This document shows positions 24,529 through 32,000 of a stretch of DNA of 32,000 bases, piece after piece (the first letter of the stretch is position 1; each line of letters begins with the position of its first letter). The stretch is from Candidatus Nanopusillus acidilobi. Lineage in GTDB: Archaea > Nanobdellota > Nanobdellia > Nanobdellales > Nanobdellaceae. Made by a program: the position numbers and the translations under genes. The DNA lies in contig CP010514.1 of the NCBI GenBank assembly GCA_001552015.1, positions 30,001 to 62,000 of the forward strand, given 5' to 3'. A model generated the notes under the pieces. That model saw only the letters and a list, made by a program, of their open reading frames with translations, ran no database searches and had not been told where the DNA came from.

Positions 24529-27124
24529 TTATGAAAAATTATATCCAAAAAGATCTTTAGAAAGTCTGGGTTTATTTAGAAAAAAATGTAAAATTTGTGG
24601 GAGATATTTTTGGACTTCTGATAAAAATAGAGAAATATGTGGAGATCATGAAAATTATGGTTTTATAAATAATCCTGTTGGAAAAAAATTGGAATATAAA
24701 GAAGTATGGGAAAGCTTTTCAAAATATTTAAATAAAAGGGGATATGCAATAATAAATAGATATCCTGTTGTAGCAAGATGGAGAGATGATATAGATTTTG
24801 TAATTGCATCAATTGCAGATTTTCAGCCATGGGTTGTGGAAGGATATACAGAGCCTCCTTCAAAAAAATTAACTGTTCCTCAATTTTGTTTAAGATTTAA
24901 TGATGTAAGAAATGTTGGATTGACTGGAAGACATTATACTGGTTTTGTAATGATTGGACAACATGCATTTGTAAGACCTGAAGAATATGATATGAATCAA
25001 TATTTCTTAGATCTATATTATTGGTTTGAAGATAATAATTTTCCAATGAATGAATTTATATTTCATGAAGATAAATGGGAAGGTGGAGGAAATGGTGGTA
25101 CATCAATTGAATTCTTTATAAGGGGATTAGAAGTTGCAAACCAGGTATATATGCAATATAAAATTATTAATAATGAATGGATAGAATTGGATAAATTAAA
25201 AGTTTTAGATATGGGAATGGGACAAGAAAGGGTTTCATGGATTACAAATGGTACAAGTACATCATATGATAATGTATTTCCAAAAACAATAAAATTCTTA
25301 TTAGATAATATAAAATATGAAATTGATTTAGATTTATTATCAAAAATTTCAATGTATTCTTCATTATTTGATTTTGAAAAAAATGATATAAAATCTTTTG
25401 AAGAATTTTTAAAGGAAAAAGGAATTGATCCAAAGAATAATATTGAAATAATGAGGGCAATATATTCAATTTCAGATCATATTAGATCATTATATATTGC
25501 AATATCTGATGGAGCATTACCTTCAAATATTGGTGGAAATTATAATTTAAGATTGATTGCAAGAAGGATGTTTTATTTTATTGATAAATATTTTGAAATA
25601 AATGATATAGAAGATTTTTTGAGAAAATTATTAATAAAAATTTCTGAAGATTGGTATGAAGAAAAATTAAAGGGAAATATAAATGAAATTGTTGATATAT
25701 TAAAATATGAATATGAGAAATATTTAGAAGTAAAGAAAAATGCCCAAAAAATTTTAAATAATTTAAAAAATATTGATACAAAGAAAATATTTGAATTATA
25801 TACATCATATGGAATTTCTTTAGAAATTATAGAAGATATAAATCCAAATATAAAAATAAATAGAGAAGAATTAAATAAATTAATTGAAGAACATAAAGAA
25901 AAATCTAAAAAAGTAAAAAAGGAAGAAAAATTAAATTTAAAATTAAATTATCCAGAAACATATAAACCATTTTATGAATCATGGAAAAAATATTATGATA
26001 TTGGAAAATTAATAGGAATAGAAAATGAATATTTAATATTTGATAGAACTGTATTTTATCCAACAAAAGGTGGTCAGGTAAATGATACTGGATATATATT
26101 TAATTTAGATGAAATAAAAAATTATTCAAAGGAAATTTTGAATAATTATGATTTCCCATATTATGTAAAAGAAATATTAAAAGATTATTTAAATGGTAAT
26201 AAAATTGAAGGATTTGAAAATTATTTTGCAAAAGTTATCGATGTAATTGAATATGAAAAAATAATATTACATAAAATAGATAGAAAAATTAATTGGGATA
26301 GAAATTCAAATGTTTTACAAATTATTGATAAAGATAGAAGATATAGAATATCAAGGCATCATACTGCAACACATCTATTAACATCTGTATTAAGAAAAAT
26401 ATATGGAAATCATATATGGCAGGCTGGAGCCGAAAAAAACGAATATGAAGGAAAATTGGATGTTACTCACTATAAGGTACCTTCATATAATGAAATAAAA
26501 TTAATTGAAAGAGAATTAAATAAAATAATATTGGAAGGAAGGAAAATAAATAAATTTTATTTATTAAGAAATGAGGCTGAAGAAAAATATGGATTTACAA
26601 TATATCAGGGAGGATTCATACCAGAAACAAAATTAAGAATTGTTGAAATAGAAAATACAGATGTTGAAGCATGTTCTGGAACCCATTTAGATAATACATT
26701 AGAAATTGGATTAGTAAAAATAAAAAGTGTAGAAAAAATTGCAGATGGATTAATAAGGTTTAGATTTGTTGCTGGTGATAGGGTTATAGAAGAATTTGAA
26801 GATTATGAGGAAAAAATTTTGGATATAAAAAATAAGTATAATATTGACATAAATAATTTAAATAATTATATTGAGAAAATAAGTAAAGAAAGGGATGAAT
26901 ATAATAAAAAATTAAATATAATATTGGAAGAATATATTAAAAACAATATAAAGGATGGAAAATTATATTTAGAAACTAATTTATATGTTTCAGATATAAT
27001 AAAATATATTTTAAAGTATAAAGATTTAATAAATGATATTAATTTAAAGTGTAAAGATGGAATAATTAATTTAAAAGAAGGGGAAAAGAAAGTTGATAAA
27101 TTTTATATAAAGAAAGTAAATTAA
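24518..27124 (+). CDS. alaS: alanyl-tRNA synthetase (single contiguous gene)
   Basis: 868 aa. GTG start, with no in-frame ATG near the N-terminus. Class II core (VPQFCLRFNDVRNVGLTGRHYTGFVMIGQHAF, GGGNGGTSIEF). Editing-domain SRHHTATHLL (HxxxH) and CSGTH. Confidence 0.93.
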   Translation: MQSNYEKLYPKRSLESLGLFRKKCKICGRYFWTSDKNREICGDHENYGFINNPVGKKLEYKEVWESFSKYLNKRGYAIINRYPVVARWRDDIDFVIASIADFQPWVVEGYTEPPSKKLTVPQFCLRFNDVRNVGLTGRHYTGFVMIGQHAFVRPEEYDMNQYFLDLYYWFEDNNFPMNEFIFHEDKWEGGGNGGTSIEFFIRGLEVANQVYMQYKIINNEWIELDKLKVLDMGMGQERVSWITNGTSTSYDNVFPKTIKFLLDNIKYEIDLDLLSKISMYSSLFDFEKNDIKSFEEFLKEKGIDPKNNIEIMRAIYSISDHIRSLYIAISDGALPSNIGGNYNLRLIARRMFYFIDKYFEINDIEDFLRKLLIKISEDWYEEKLKGNINEIVDILKYEYEKYLEVKKNAQKILNNLKNIDTKKIFELYTSYGISLEIIEDINPNIKINREELNKLIEEHKEKSKKVKKEEKLNLKLNYPETYKPFYESWKKYYDIGKLIGIENEYLIFDRTVFYPTKGGQVNDTGYIFNLDEIKNYSKEILNNYDFPYYVKEILKDYLNGNKIEGFENYFAKVIDVIEYEKIILHKIDRKINWDRNSNVLQIIDKDRRYRISRHHTATHLLTSVLRKIYGNHIWQAGAEKNEYEGKLDVTHYKVPSYNEIKLIERELNKIILEGRKINKFYLLRNEAEEKYGFTIYQGGFIPETKLRIVEIENTDVEACSGTHLDNTLEIGLVKIKSVEKIADGLIRFRFVAGDRVIEEFEDYEEKILDIKNKYNIDINNLNNYIEKISKERDEYNKKLNIILEEYIKNNIKDGKLYLETNLYVSDIIKYILKYKDLINDINLKCKDGIINLKEGEKKVDKFYIKKVN

Positions 27125-27133
27125 TTTTTATAA

Positions 27134-27217
27134 GCGGCGGTGCCCGAGAGGTCAAAGGGGGTCGGTTTAGGTCCGATTGGATAAGATCCGCCAGGGGTTC
27201 AAATCCCCTCCGCCGCA
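27134..27217 (+). tRNA. tRNA-Leu (anticodon TAG), type II with long variable arm
   Basis: Acceptor GCGGCGG/CCGCCGC; anticodon arm GTCGG-TTTAGGT-CCGAT; variable arm GGAT-AAG-ATCC; T arm AGGGG-TTCAAAT-CCCCT; discriminator A. Confidence 0.9.
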
Positions 27218-27226
27218 TTAAAAATT

Positions 27227-27862
27227 TTACATATATATATCAAGTATTTTAATCTCTTTAGGGGTTATTTTAGATTTTTTGCAAACGTTTTCTCCATTAA
27301 TAATAATATACCAACCAATTATTTTCATTCCGGTTTTTTCTATAATTTTTGGATTTATGATATTATATTTAATAAAAGCAATTATATCATCTAATTTAGC
27401 TTTTTTTAGATTTATAATATAAGATCTTGGCTTTATATCTTTATTAAAAGTATCAGTTCCACAGAAACCTATAACATTCATCTCTTTTAGTTTATCTTTT
27501 TCTCCATAAATTGTTATATCTGATGTAATAATTAAGTTATTTAAATGTACATAGAGTGGTATCTCTCTTGTATATCCTATAGCTAAAGAAAAGTTACCAT
27601 CAAGCGGGATGGGATGACTATATGTTCCATATGGTGGGGTAGGTATTATGATTACTTCAGGATAATTTATATCTTTTCCTTCTTTATTTTTATATATTTC
27701 TAATATTTTCATAATATCCCTTTTTGTTTTAAAAGTATAAAATTTAGATTCATCATAAAATTTAGAGTCATCAGGAAATGACTGTGCATATATTTTATAT
27801 GAGCTTATGCCTTCTCTTTCTATTTTGTAAACTCTTGTATTAAGTAATAAATCTTCTAGCAT
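27227..27862 (-). CDS. 211-aa hypothetical cytoplasmic protein lying between two tRNA genes
   Basis: Uninterrupted ORF with no TM segment and no family I recognise. It contains a tandem DDSKFY/DESKFY duplication. Confidence 0.6.
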   Translation of the reverse strand: MLEDLLLNTRVYKIEREGISSYKIYAQSFPDDSKFYDESKFYTFKTKRDIMKILEIYKNKEGKDINYPEVIIIPTPPYGTYSHPIPLDGNFSLAIGYTREIPLYVHLNNLIITSDITIYGEKDKLKEMNVIGFCGTDTFNKDIKPRSYIINLKKAKLDDIIAFIKYNIINPKIIEKTGMKIIGWYIIINGENVCKKSKITPKEIKILDIYM

Positions 27863-27891
27863 ATATTATCATATAGTAATAAAAATTTATA

Positions 27892-27966
27892 TGGACCCGC
27901 GGGGATTCGAACCCCGGACCTCTCGGACCGCAACCGAGAATTCTGTCCATGCTGAACTACGGGTCC
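27892..27966 (-). tRNA. tRNA-Arg (anticodon GCG)
   Basis: The reverse complement folds as: acceptor GGACCCG/CGGGTCC; D arm GTTC...GAAT; anticodon arm CTCGG-TTGCGGT-CCGAG; T arm CGGGG-TTCGAAT-CCCCG; discriminator A. Confidence 0.9.
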
Positions 27967-27974
27967 TATATATA

Positions 27975-28460
27975 TTATATCTTTGGTAGTATTAAATTTC
28001 CAAATTTTTCATATTTATTCAATTTAAAGAATAAACCGGCTAAATAGGATAAATATGCATCATAAATATCTTTATATTTAAATACATTTGAAAAATATTG
28101 ATATTTCAATTTTAATATTTTTTCTACAGCTCTTGGAAATGTTTCATATACTTCTATATTCTTATTAATTTCTATTATTTTACTTTTTAATAAATTAGCC
28201 CTTTCATATAGTAATTTCATTGATTTTAAAGATAATGGTAATGGTTTAAATCCATATTTATATAATAATTTTTCTTCTATTCTATATGGATATTCATAGC
28301 TTAAAGGAGCATCAATAAATATATATTTGAATTTTTCGTTTTCTATTAAATTTAATATTTCTTCATTTTTATTTAATGTTCCAAAGGTTGGTTTTTTATT
28401 AAAGTAAAAATATCCAGTTCTATTATTTTCCTTTGCAGATAGATCTAAACCAAGTATCAT
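27975..28460 (-). CDS. RNase H-fold predicted nuclease (DUF429/COG2410-like)
   Basis: 161 aa. MILGLDLSAKENNRTG, a central FIDAPLS, and C-terminal ETFPRAVEKIL and DAYLSYLAG, in the order typical of DUF429 proteins. ATGA overlap with trmY. Confidence 0.5.
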   Translation of the reverse strand: MILGLDLSAKENNRTGYFYFNKKPTFGTLNKNEEILNLIENEKFKYIFIDAPLSYEYPYRIEEKLLYKYGFKPLPLSLKSMKLLYERANLLKSKIIEINKNIEVYETFPRAVEKILKLKYQYFSNVFKYKDIYDAYLSYLAGLFFKLNKYEKFGNLILPKI

Positions 28461-29080
28461 TCCCTATAAACAAATTTATATGAAGTATCATATATATCCT
28501 TTTCAAAATTCATTTTATCTAAATAATAATTTAATATTACAATAACTTGTGATGAAAAATAATTAATATCCCCTAAAGAAATTTTTATTACATCATTTTC
28601 TATTTTTTTCTTTATATCTTTTGGTATTCCTAAGAAATCTCCAATAATAAATACTGGATTTTCAATTTTTATATTTTCAATAAATTTTTCATCCTTATCT
28701 AATAAATATATATTCTTTCCATTATTTTTATATTCATTTAATAAATCGAAGAAATCAATTTTATCAACATATATACCTGGAAATGGATTTTTAATATTCT
28801 TTTTATTATATTTTTTTAATGATATTGATAATAATGTAGATATATCCTTTTTTGACCATGGAGTATTTATATTAGATTCTATTCTTATTAATCTAGGAGG
28901 AACAGGCTTTCCATTTAAATATAGATCAAATCTAATATTTTTTCTTAATCCATTTGATACAAAAAAGGCATGTATAATTGAATTAATTGCAATATCTAAT
29001 CTTCCAGAATAATATATATTTTTAAAATTTCCGTCGGTTCTTATTGTATTTGAATAAAAAATAAATGTTCTCATAATCAA
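28457..29080 (-). CDS. trmY: tRNA (pseudouridine54-N1)-methyltransferase TrmY (DUF358 SPOUT)
   Basis: 207 aa. GRLDIAINSI, FPGIYV and ENPVFIIGDFLGIP parallel the Methanocaldococcus TrmY blocks GRLDLLCR, TPGIYV and ENPVFIIGDHIGI, which I recall from memory. Confidence 0.8.
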   Translation of the reverse strand: MIMRTFIFYSNTIRTDGNFKNIYYSGRLDIAINSIIHAFFVSNGLRKNIRFDLYLNGKPVPPRLIRIESNINTPWSKKDISTLLSISLKKYNKKNIKNPFPGIYVDKIDFFDLLNEYKNNGKNIYLLDKDEKFIENIKIENPVFIIGDFLGIPKDIKKKIENDVIKISLGDINYFSSQVIVILNYYLDKMNFEKDIYDTSYKFVYRE

Positions 29081-29126
29081 ATATTTAAATAAAATCTTAT
29101 AAAAAATGAGATAATAATAAAATCAT

Positions 29127-31412
29127 ATGAAAAAACTAAAATTATTTGCATTATTGATCTTAATATTTAATTTTTTTAATATATATTCGCAAAATTATTC
29201 ACCAACATTATTTAATATTCCAATAAATTCAATAAATGTAAATCAATTAAATCTGTATAATTTAGGACAAGGGTCTTATGGTTATTTTTATATTTTATAT
29301 TCTTCATATTATTTTTATTACCCAATAAATTCATCAAATCAATATTTAAATATATATTTTAATTCAACAATTCCTTTAAATTTTTATTTAATGAATCAAC
29401 AAAATTTTCAAAGTTTTCAAAATGGTGGGAATTTTAGTTCAATTTATCAAGAATATACAAATTATATAGAACAAAGTATATTTTTACCTTCAGGAAATTA
29501 TTATATAGTAATTTACAACAATAATACTCAAAATGCATATTATTATCTTATATATAGTTTAACAAATCAAAGTGAAAATAATATTTATTCCCCAATAGGA
29601 ATTTCTGATTATGGTATATATATTAGTAATGGAAATATTTATGGATACAATATTACAACAAATGAAGTTATTGGAGAAGTTTATTTAAATAATTTTAGTT
29701 CATATGTTGATCCTTTATGTTCTAATAATTTTATAGGTGAAAATTCTGGTTCTATACAATTAAATGCTATTTTAGAATTAAGTAATGGTCAATATTATTG
29801 GTTACAAAATGTTTTATTAATAAATAATACTGGTGGATATTATGAATTTGCTGATAATTTATGGAATTTTACTTCTTTAAATTCTTATTTATTAGGAAAT
29901 TTAATTAGAGGTAATGGAATAATAAGTAATTATGATAATGAATATTTTTATGTATATGAAACAAATAACTTTGTTCTGCAATATCCATTAAATGTATACT
30001 TAATAATTAATGTTACTCAAAATAATTCTTATCCAGAAATTCAATTTGGATATAGTTTTGATGGACAAAATATATATTGGTATGATAATGTTACATTATT
30101 AATTCCATCAAATGGTAATATAATTATTTCTCCATATTTTACAGGTTCTAATAATATAGAAGATTTAGAATTTGTTATCGGAGGACCTGGATACGGAACC
30201 TGTATAGATATAAACAATATTAGTGGATATTTAGGTTTATATTATTTATATAATAATCAATATCTTACTCCGGATCCATCAATATTTAATTTTGGTTTTA
30301 ATACACAAGAATCTTCTTCAAATATTTATGAAAATATAATATCTCAAGGATTTGTAAATTTATTTACAGGTTATTTTTATCCAGAATATTTGGGAAGTAC
30401 AAATACTTTAAATTATAATATATCAGTTTATTATTCTTACAATAATTCATATATAAATTATCAATATCCATTTGGAACAATTTTTAATATAAATATTCCG
30501 GTATATATTTATCAAAACAATACATTATATTTATTAAATAATTTAACAATAAATGGGGAAAATTATAATATTAATTATTCTCAACAGTATGTTAATATAA
30601 GTTTGCTTGTAAATAATAATTATAATATTTCTACAAGCTATATTGAATATTATTTGGTTACTATAAATGATAGTATTGGAATAAATTTCGCAATTTCTGG
30701 AAATTATTTAAATGAAACATATTATAATAATATATATTCCCTTTATGCAAATAATATATTGAATATTTACTTAAATCAAACATATAATTTTGGAAATTAT
30801 CAGTATTATTGTCCAAATAATATAACATTAAATATAAATAATTCAGAAAGTATAAATCTATCCAATTATTGTTATTTGCAATATCAACTAAATATATCTT
30901 TTCCATTCAATTATACAATAAATAATAATACTTATTCTGGAAATAATAGTTTTTATATAAATGCAAATAGTAATATAACTATATTAATAAATTCAATTAA
31001 TTATATAAATAATCAGGAAAGATTGTATTGCAGTCAAAACAATATAACTTTAAATATAAATTCTCCAAAAAATATTAATTTAATCAATTACTGTATATAT
31101 CAATATTTAGTAAATATTAATACACAATTTTTAGTAAATATTTCTATAAATAATTCTGTAAATACTTATGGAAACACTTCTATCTTTTTAAATGATGGAA
31201 CTTTAATAAATATTTTGCCTTCAAAACATATTTATCCAGGATTCTTTTATAATACAATTTATTATGAAAATGGATATAATTATGTTGTAAATCAACCACT
31301 AAATATTGTTATACAGTTTAATAAAGAAATTCAGTATAATTATTTAAATATTGGATTATTGATTGGAGGAATAATTGGAATAATAGTGATAATATTATAT
31401 ATTTTATACTAA
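29127..31412 (+). CDS. thermopsin-family (peptidase A5) surface protein with C-terminal repeat domains and a TM anchor
   Basis: 761 aa. Signal peptide MKKLKLFALLILIFNFFNIYSQ. The blocks SPIGISDYG, ITTNEVIG, SGSIQLNAILELSNGQYYWLQNV, FADNLWNFT, IGGPGYGTCIDINNISGYLGLYY and FNFGFNT parallel Sulfolobus thermopsin as I recall it. The C-terminus is LLIGGIIGIIVIILYILY. Confidence 0.75.
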   Translation: MKKLKLFALLILIFNFFNIYSQNYSPTLFNIPINSINVNQLNLYNLGQGSYGYFYILYSSYYFYYPINSSNQYLNIYFNSTIPLNFYLMNQQNFQSFQNGGNFSSIYQEYTNYIEQSIFLPSGNYYIVIYNNNTQNAYYYLIYSLTNQSENNIYSPIGISDYGIYISNGNIYGYNITTNEVIGEVYLNNFSSYVDPLCSNNFIGENSGSIQLNAILELSNGQYYWLQNVLLINNTGGYYEFADNLWNFTSLNSYLLGNLIRGNGIISNYDNEYFYVYETNNFVLQYPLNVYLIINVTQNNSYPEIQFGYSFDGQNIYWYDNVTLLIPSNGNIIISPYFTGSNNIEDLEFVIGGPGYGTCIDINNISGYLGLYYLYNNQYLTPDPSIFNFGFNTQESSSNIYENIISQGFVNLFTGYFYPEYLGSTNTLNYNISVYYSYNNSYINYQYPFGTIFNINIPVYIYQNNTLYLLNNLTINGENYNINYSQQYVNISLLVNNNYNISTSYIEYYLVTINDSIGINFAISGNYLNETYYNNIYSLYANNILNIYLNQTYNFGNYQYYCPNNITLNINNSESINLSNYCYLQYQLNISFPFNYTINNNTYSGNNSFYINANSNITILINSINYINNQERLYCSQNNITLNINSPKNINLINYCIYQYLVNINTQFLVNISINNSVNTYGNTSIFLNDGTLINILPSKHIYPGFFYNTIYYENGYNYVVNQPLNIVIQFNKEIQYNYLNIGLLIGGIIGIIVIILYILY
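30804..31241 (+). repeat. two tandem ~73-aa (219-nt) domain repeats, each with a Cys pair, inside the thermopsin-like gene
   Basis: YYCPNNITLNINNSESINLSNYCYLQYQLNISF... compared with LYCSQNNITLNINSPKNINLINYCIYQYLVNINTQF.... The first Cys codons are at 30810 and 31029, exactly 219 nt apart. Confidence 0.6.
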
Positions 31413-31486
31413 TGGGACCGCCGGGATTTGAACCCGGGACCACCGGTACCCCAAACCGACATCCTTCCAGGCTGGACTACGGTCCC
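31413..31486 (-). tRNA. tRNA-Pro (anticodon GGG)
   Basis: The reverse complement folds as: acceptor GGGACCG/CGGTCCC; D arm GTCC...GGAT; anticodon arm TCGGT-TTGGGGT-ACCGG; T arm CCGGG-TTCAAAT-CCCGG; discriminator A. It abuts the thermopsin-like stop codon. Confidence 0.9.
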
Positions 31487-31506
31487 AGATAAAAATATAT
31501 GAAAAA

Positions 31507-31974
31507 TTAAAATATATAAGGAATAAATCTAAAAGTTTCTTTCATATATTCTTCATATTCCTTTCCAAACTTTTCTAACATATATTTTTCTTCTGGAATT
31601 ACTTCTCCAAAATATATCATTAATGATACAATAAAAGCTCCTAATATTCCTAATAGACTATATGTTACAAAGCCAAGTCCAAAGAATATTATTATTTCTC
31701 CGAAATATCCAGGATGTCTTATATATTTGTATATACCATTTTTAATTATTTTTTGATCTTCAACAGTTCCAATAGATGGTAAATAATATTTTCCAAGGGT
31801 TGCTTCAGCAATACCTTGTAATGCTAATCCAATTATAAATAATGAAAATCCAATAATATAACCTAAATTGTAATTAAATAGCGAAAAATTATAATAGTAA
31901 TCTATTGATGCTAATATAACTATAAATGTCATTCCAAATAGTACATATAATATAAAACCTACTAAAGAATACAA
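31507..31974 (-). CDS. ICMT/PEMT-type integral membrane methyltransferase
   Basis: 155 aa, multi-TM. IRHPGYFGEIIIFFGLG and the C-terminal EEKYMLEKFGKEYEEY are typical of the isoprenylcysteine carboxyl methyltransferase family. Confidence 0.7.
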   Translation of the reverse strand: MYSLVGFILYVLFGMTFIVILASIDYYYNFSLFNYNLGYIIGFSLFIIGLALQGIAEATLGKYYLPSIGTVEDQKIIKNGIYKYIRHPGYFGEIIIFFGLGFVTYSLLGILGAFIVSLMIYFGEVIPEEKYMLEKFGKEYEEYMKETFRFIPYIF

Positions 31975-32000
31975 TTTTAATTCTATTATTTTTTCTTTTT

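Noticed and set aside
874-31486. Split, permuted or intron-containing tRNA genes, as known from Nanoarchaeum equitans
   Set aside because: All four tRNAs fold by hand into contiguous canonical cloverleaves with 7-nt anticodon loops and no insertion at position 37/38.
1-32000. CRISPR arrays, rRNA, SRP RNA, RNase P RNA or other structured ncRNA
   Set aside because: In this genome, structured RNAs should stand out as GC-rich islands. The only such islands are the four tRNAs, the short palindrome at 22111-22125, and some coding patches. Intergenic spacers are at most 112 nt, and none has a repeat-spacer periodicity.

Overview
This is an extremely AT-rich, very gene-dense archaeal chromosomal segment. 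I count 40 protein-coding genes (one truncated by the window edge) and 4 tRNA genes in 32 kb. Genes often overlap by 1-35 nt, and ATGA and ATGGATAA start/stop overlaps recur. Only the tRNA genes are GC-rich, which is the usual signature of a (hyper)thermophile with an AT-biased genome.

The core genes are clearly archaeal: aIF-1A, ArgRS, uS10, Nop5 and fibrillarin, Rpo4/F with its DUF655 partner, eL21, archaeal DnaG, bifunctional FBP aldolase/phosphatase, stalk protein P1, AlaRS, TrmY and Taw3. Conserved archaeal gene orders are scrambled. A thermopsin-family acid protease and a VKOR disulfide-forming enzyme are also present. Together this suggests a small-genome, thermoacidophilic, probably host-associated DPANN/Nanoarchaeota-like organism. 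That lineage assignment is inference only.

The outstanding feature is a ~11.8 kb island (8063-19830), with a two-gene satellite at 984-1576, that encodes only extracytoplasmic proteins.
- It holds 13 consecutive ORFs of 48-847 aa.
- Eleven begin with a short polar N-terminus followed by a 20-25 residue hydrophobic helix, resembling archaeal class III (type IV prepilin-like) signal peptides.
- The proteins are very rich in N-X-S/T sequons and all have even cysteine counts.
- I cannot assign any body domain to a known family.
- The window contains no assembly ATPase, platform protein or prepilin peptidase.

I read the island as a candidate undescribed surface filament / adhesion (host-contact) system. 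I see no CRISPR array, transposase, integrase, rRNA or recognisable defence gene.
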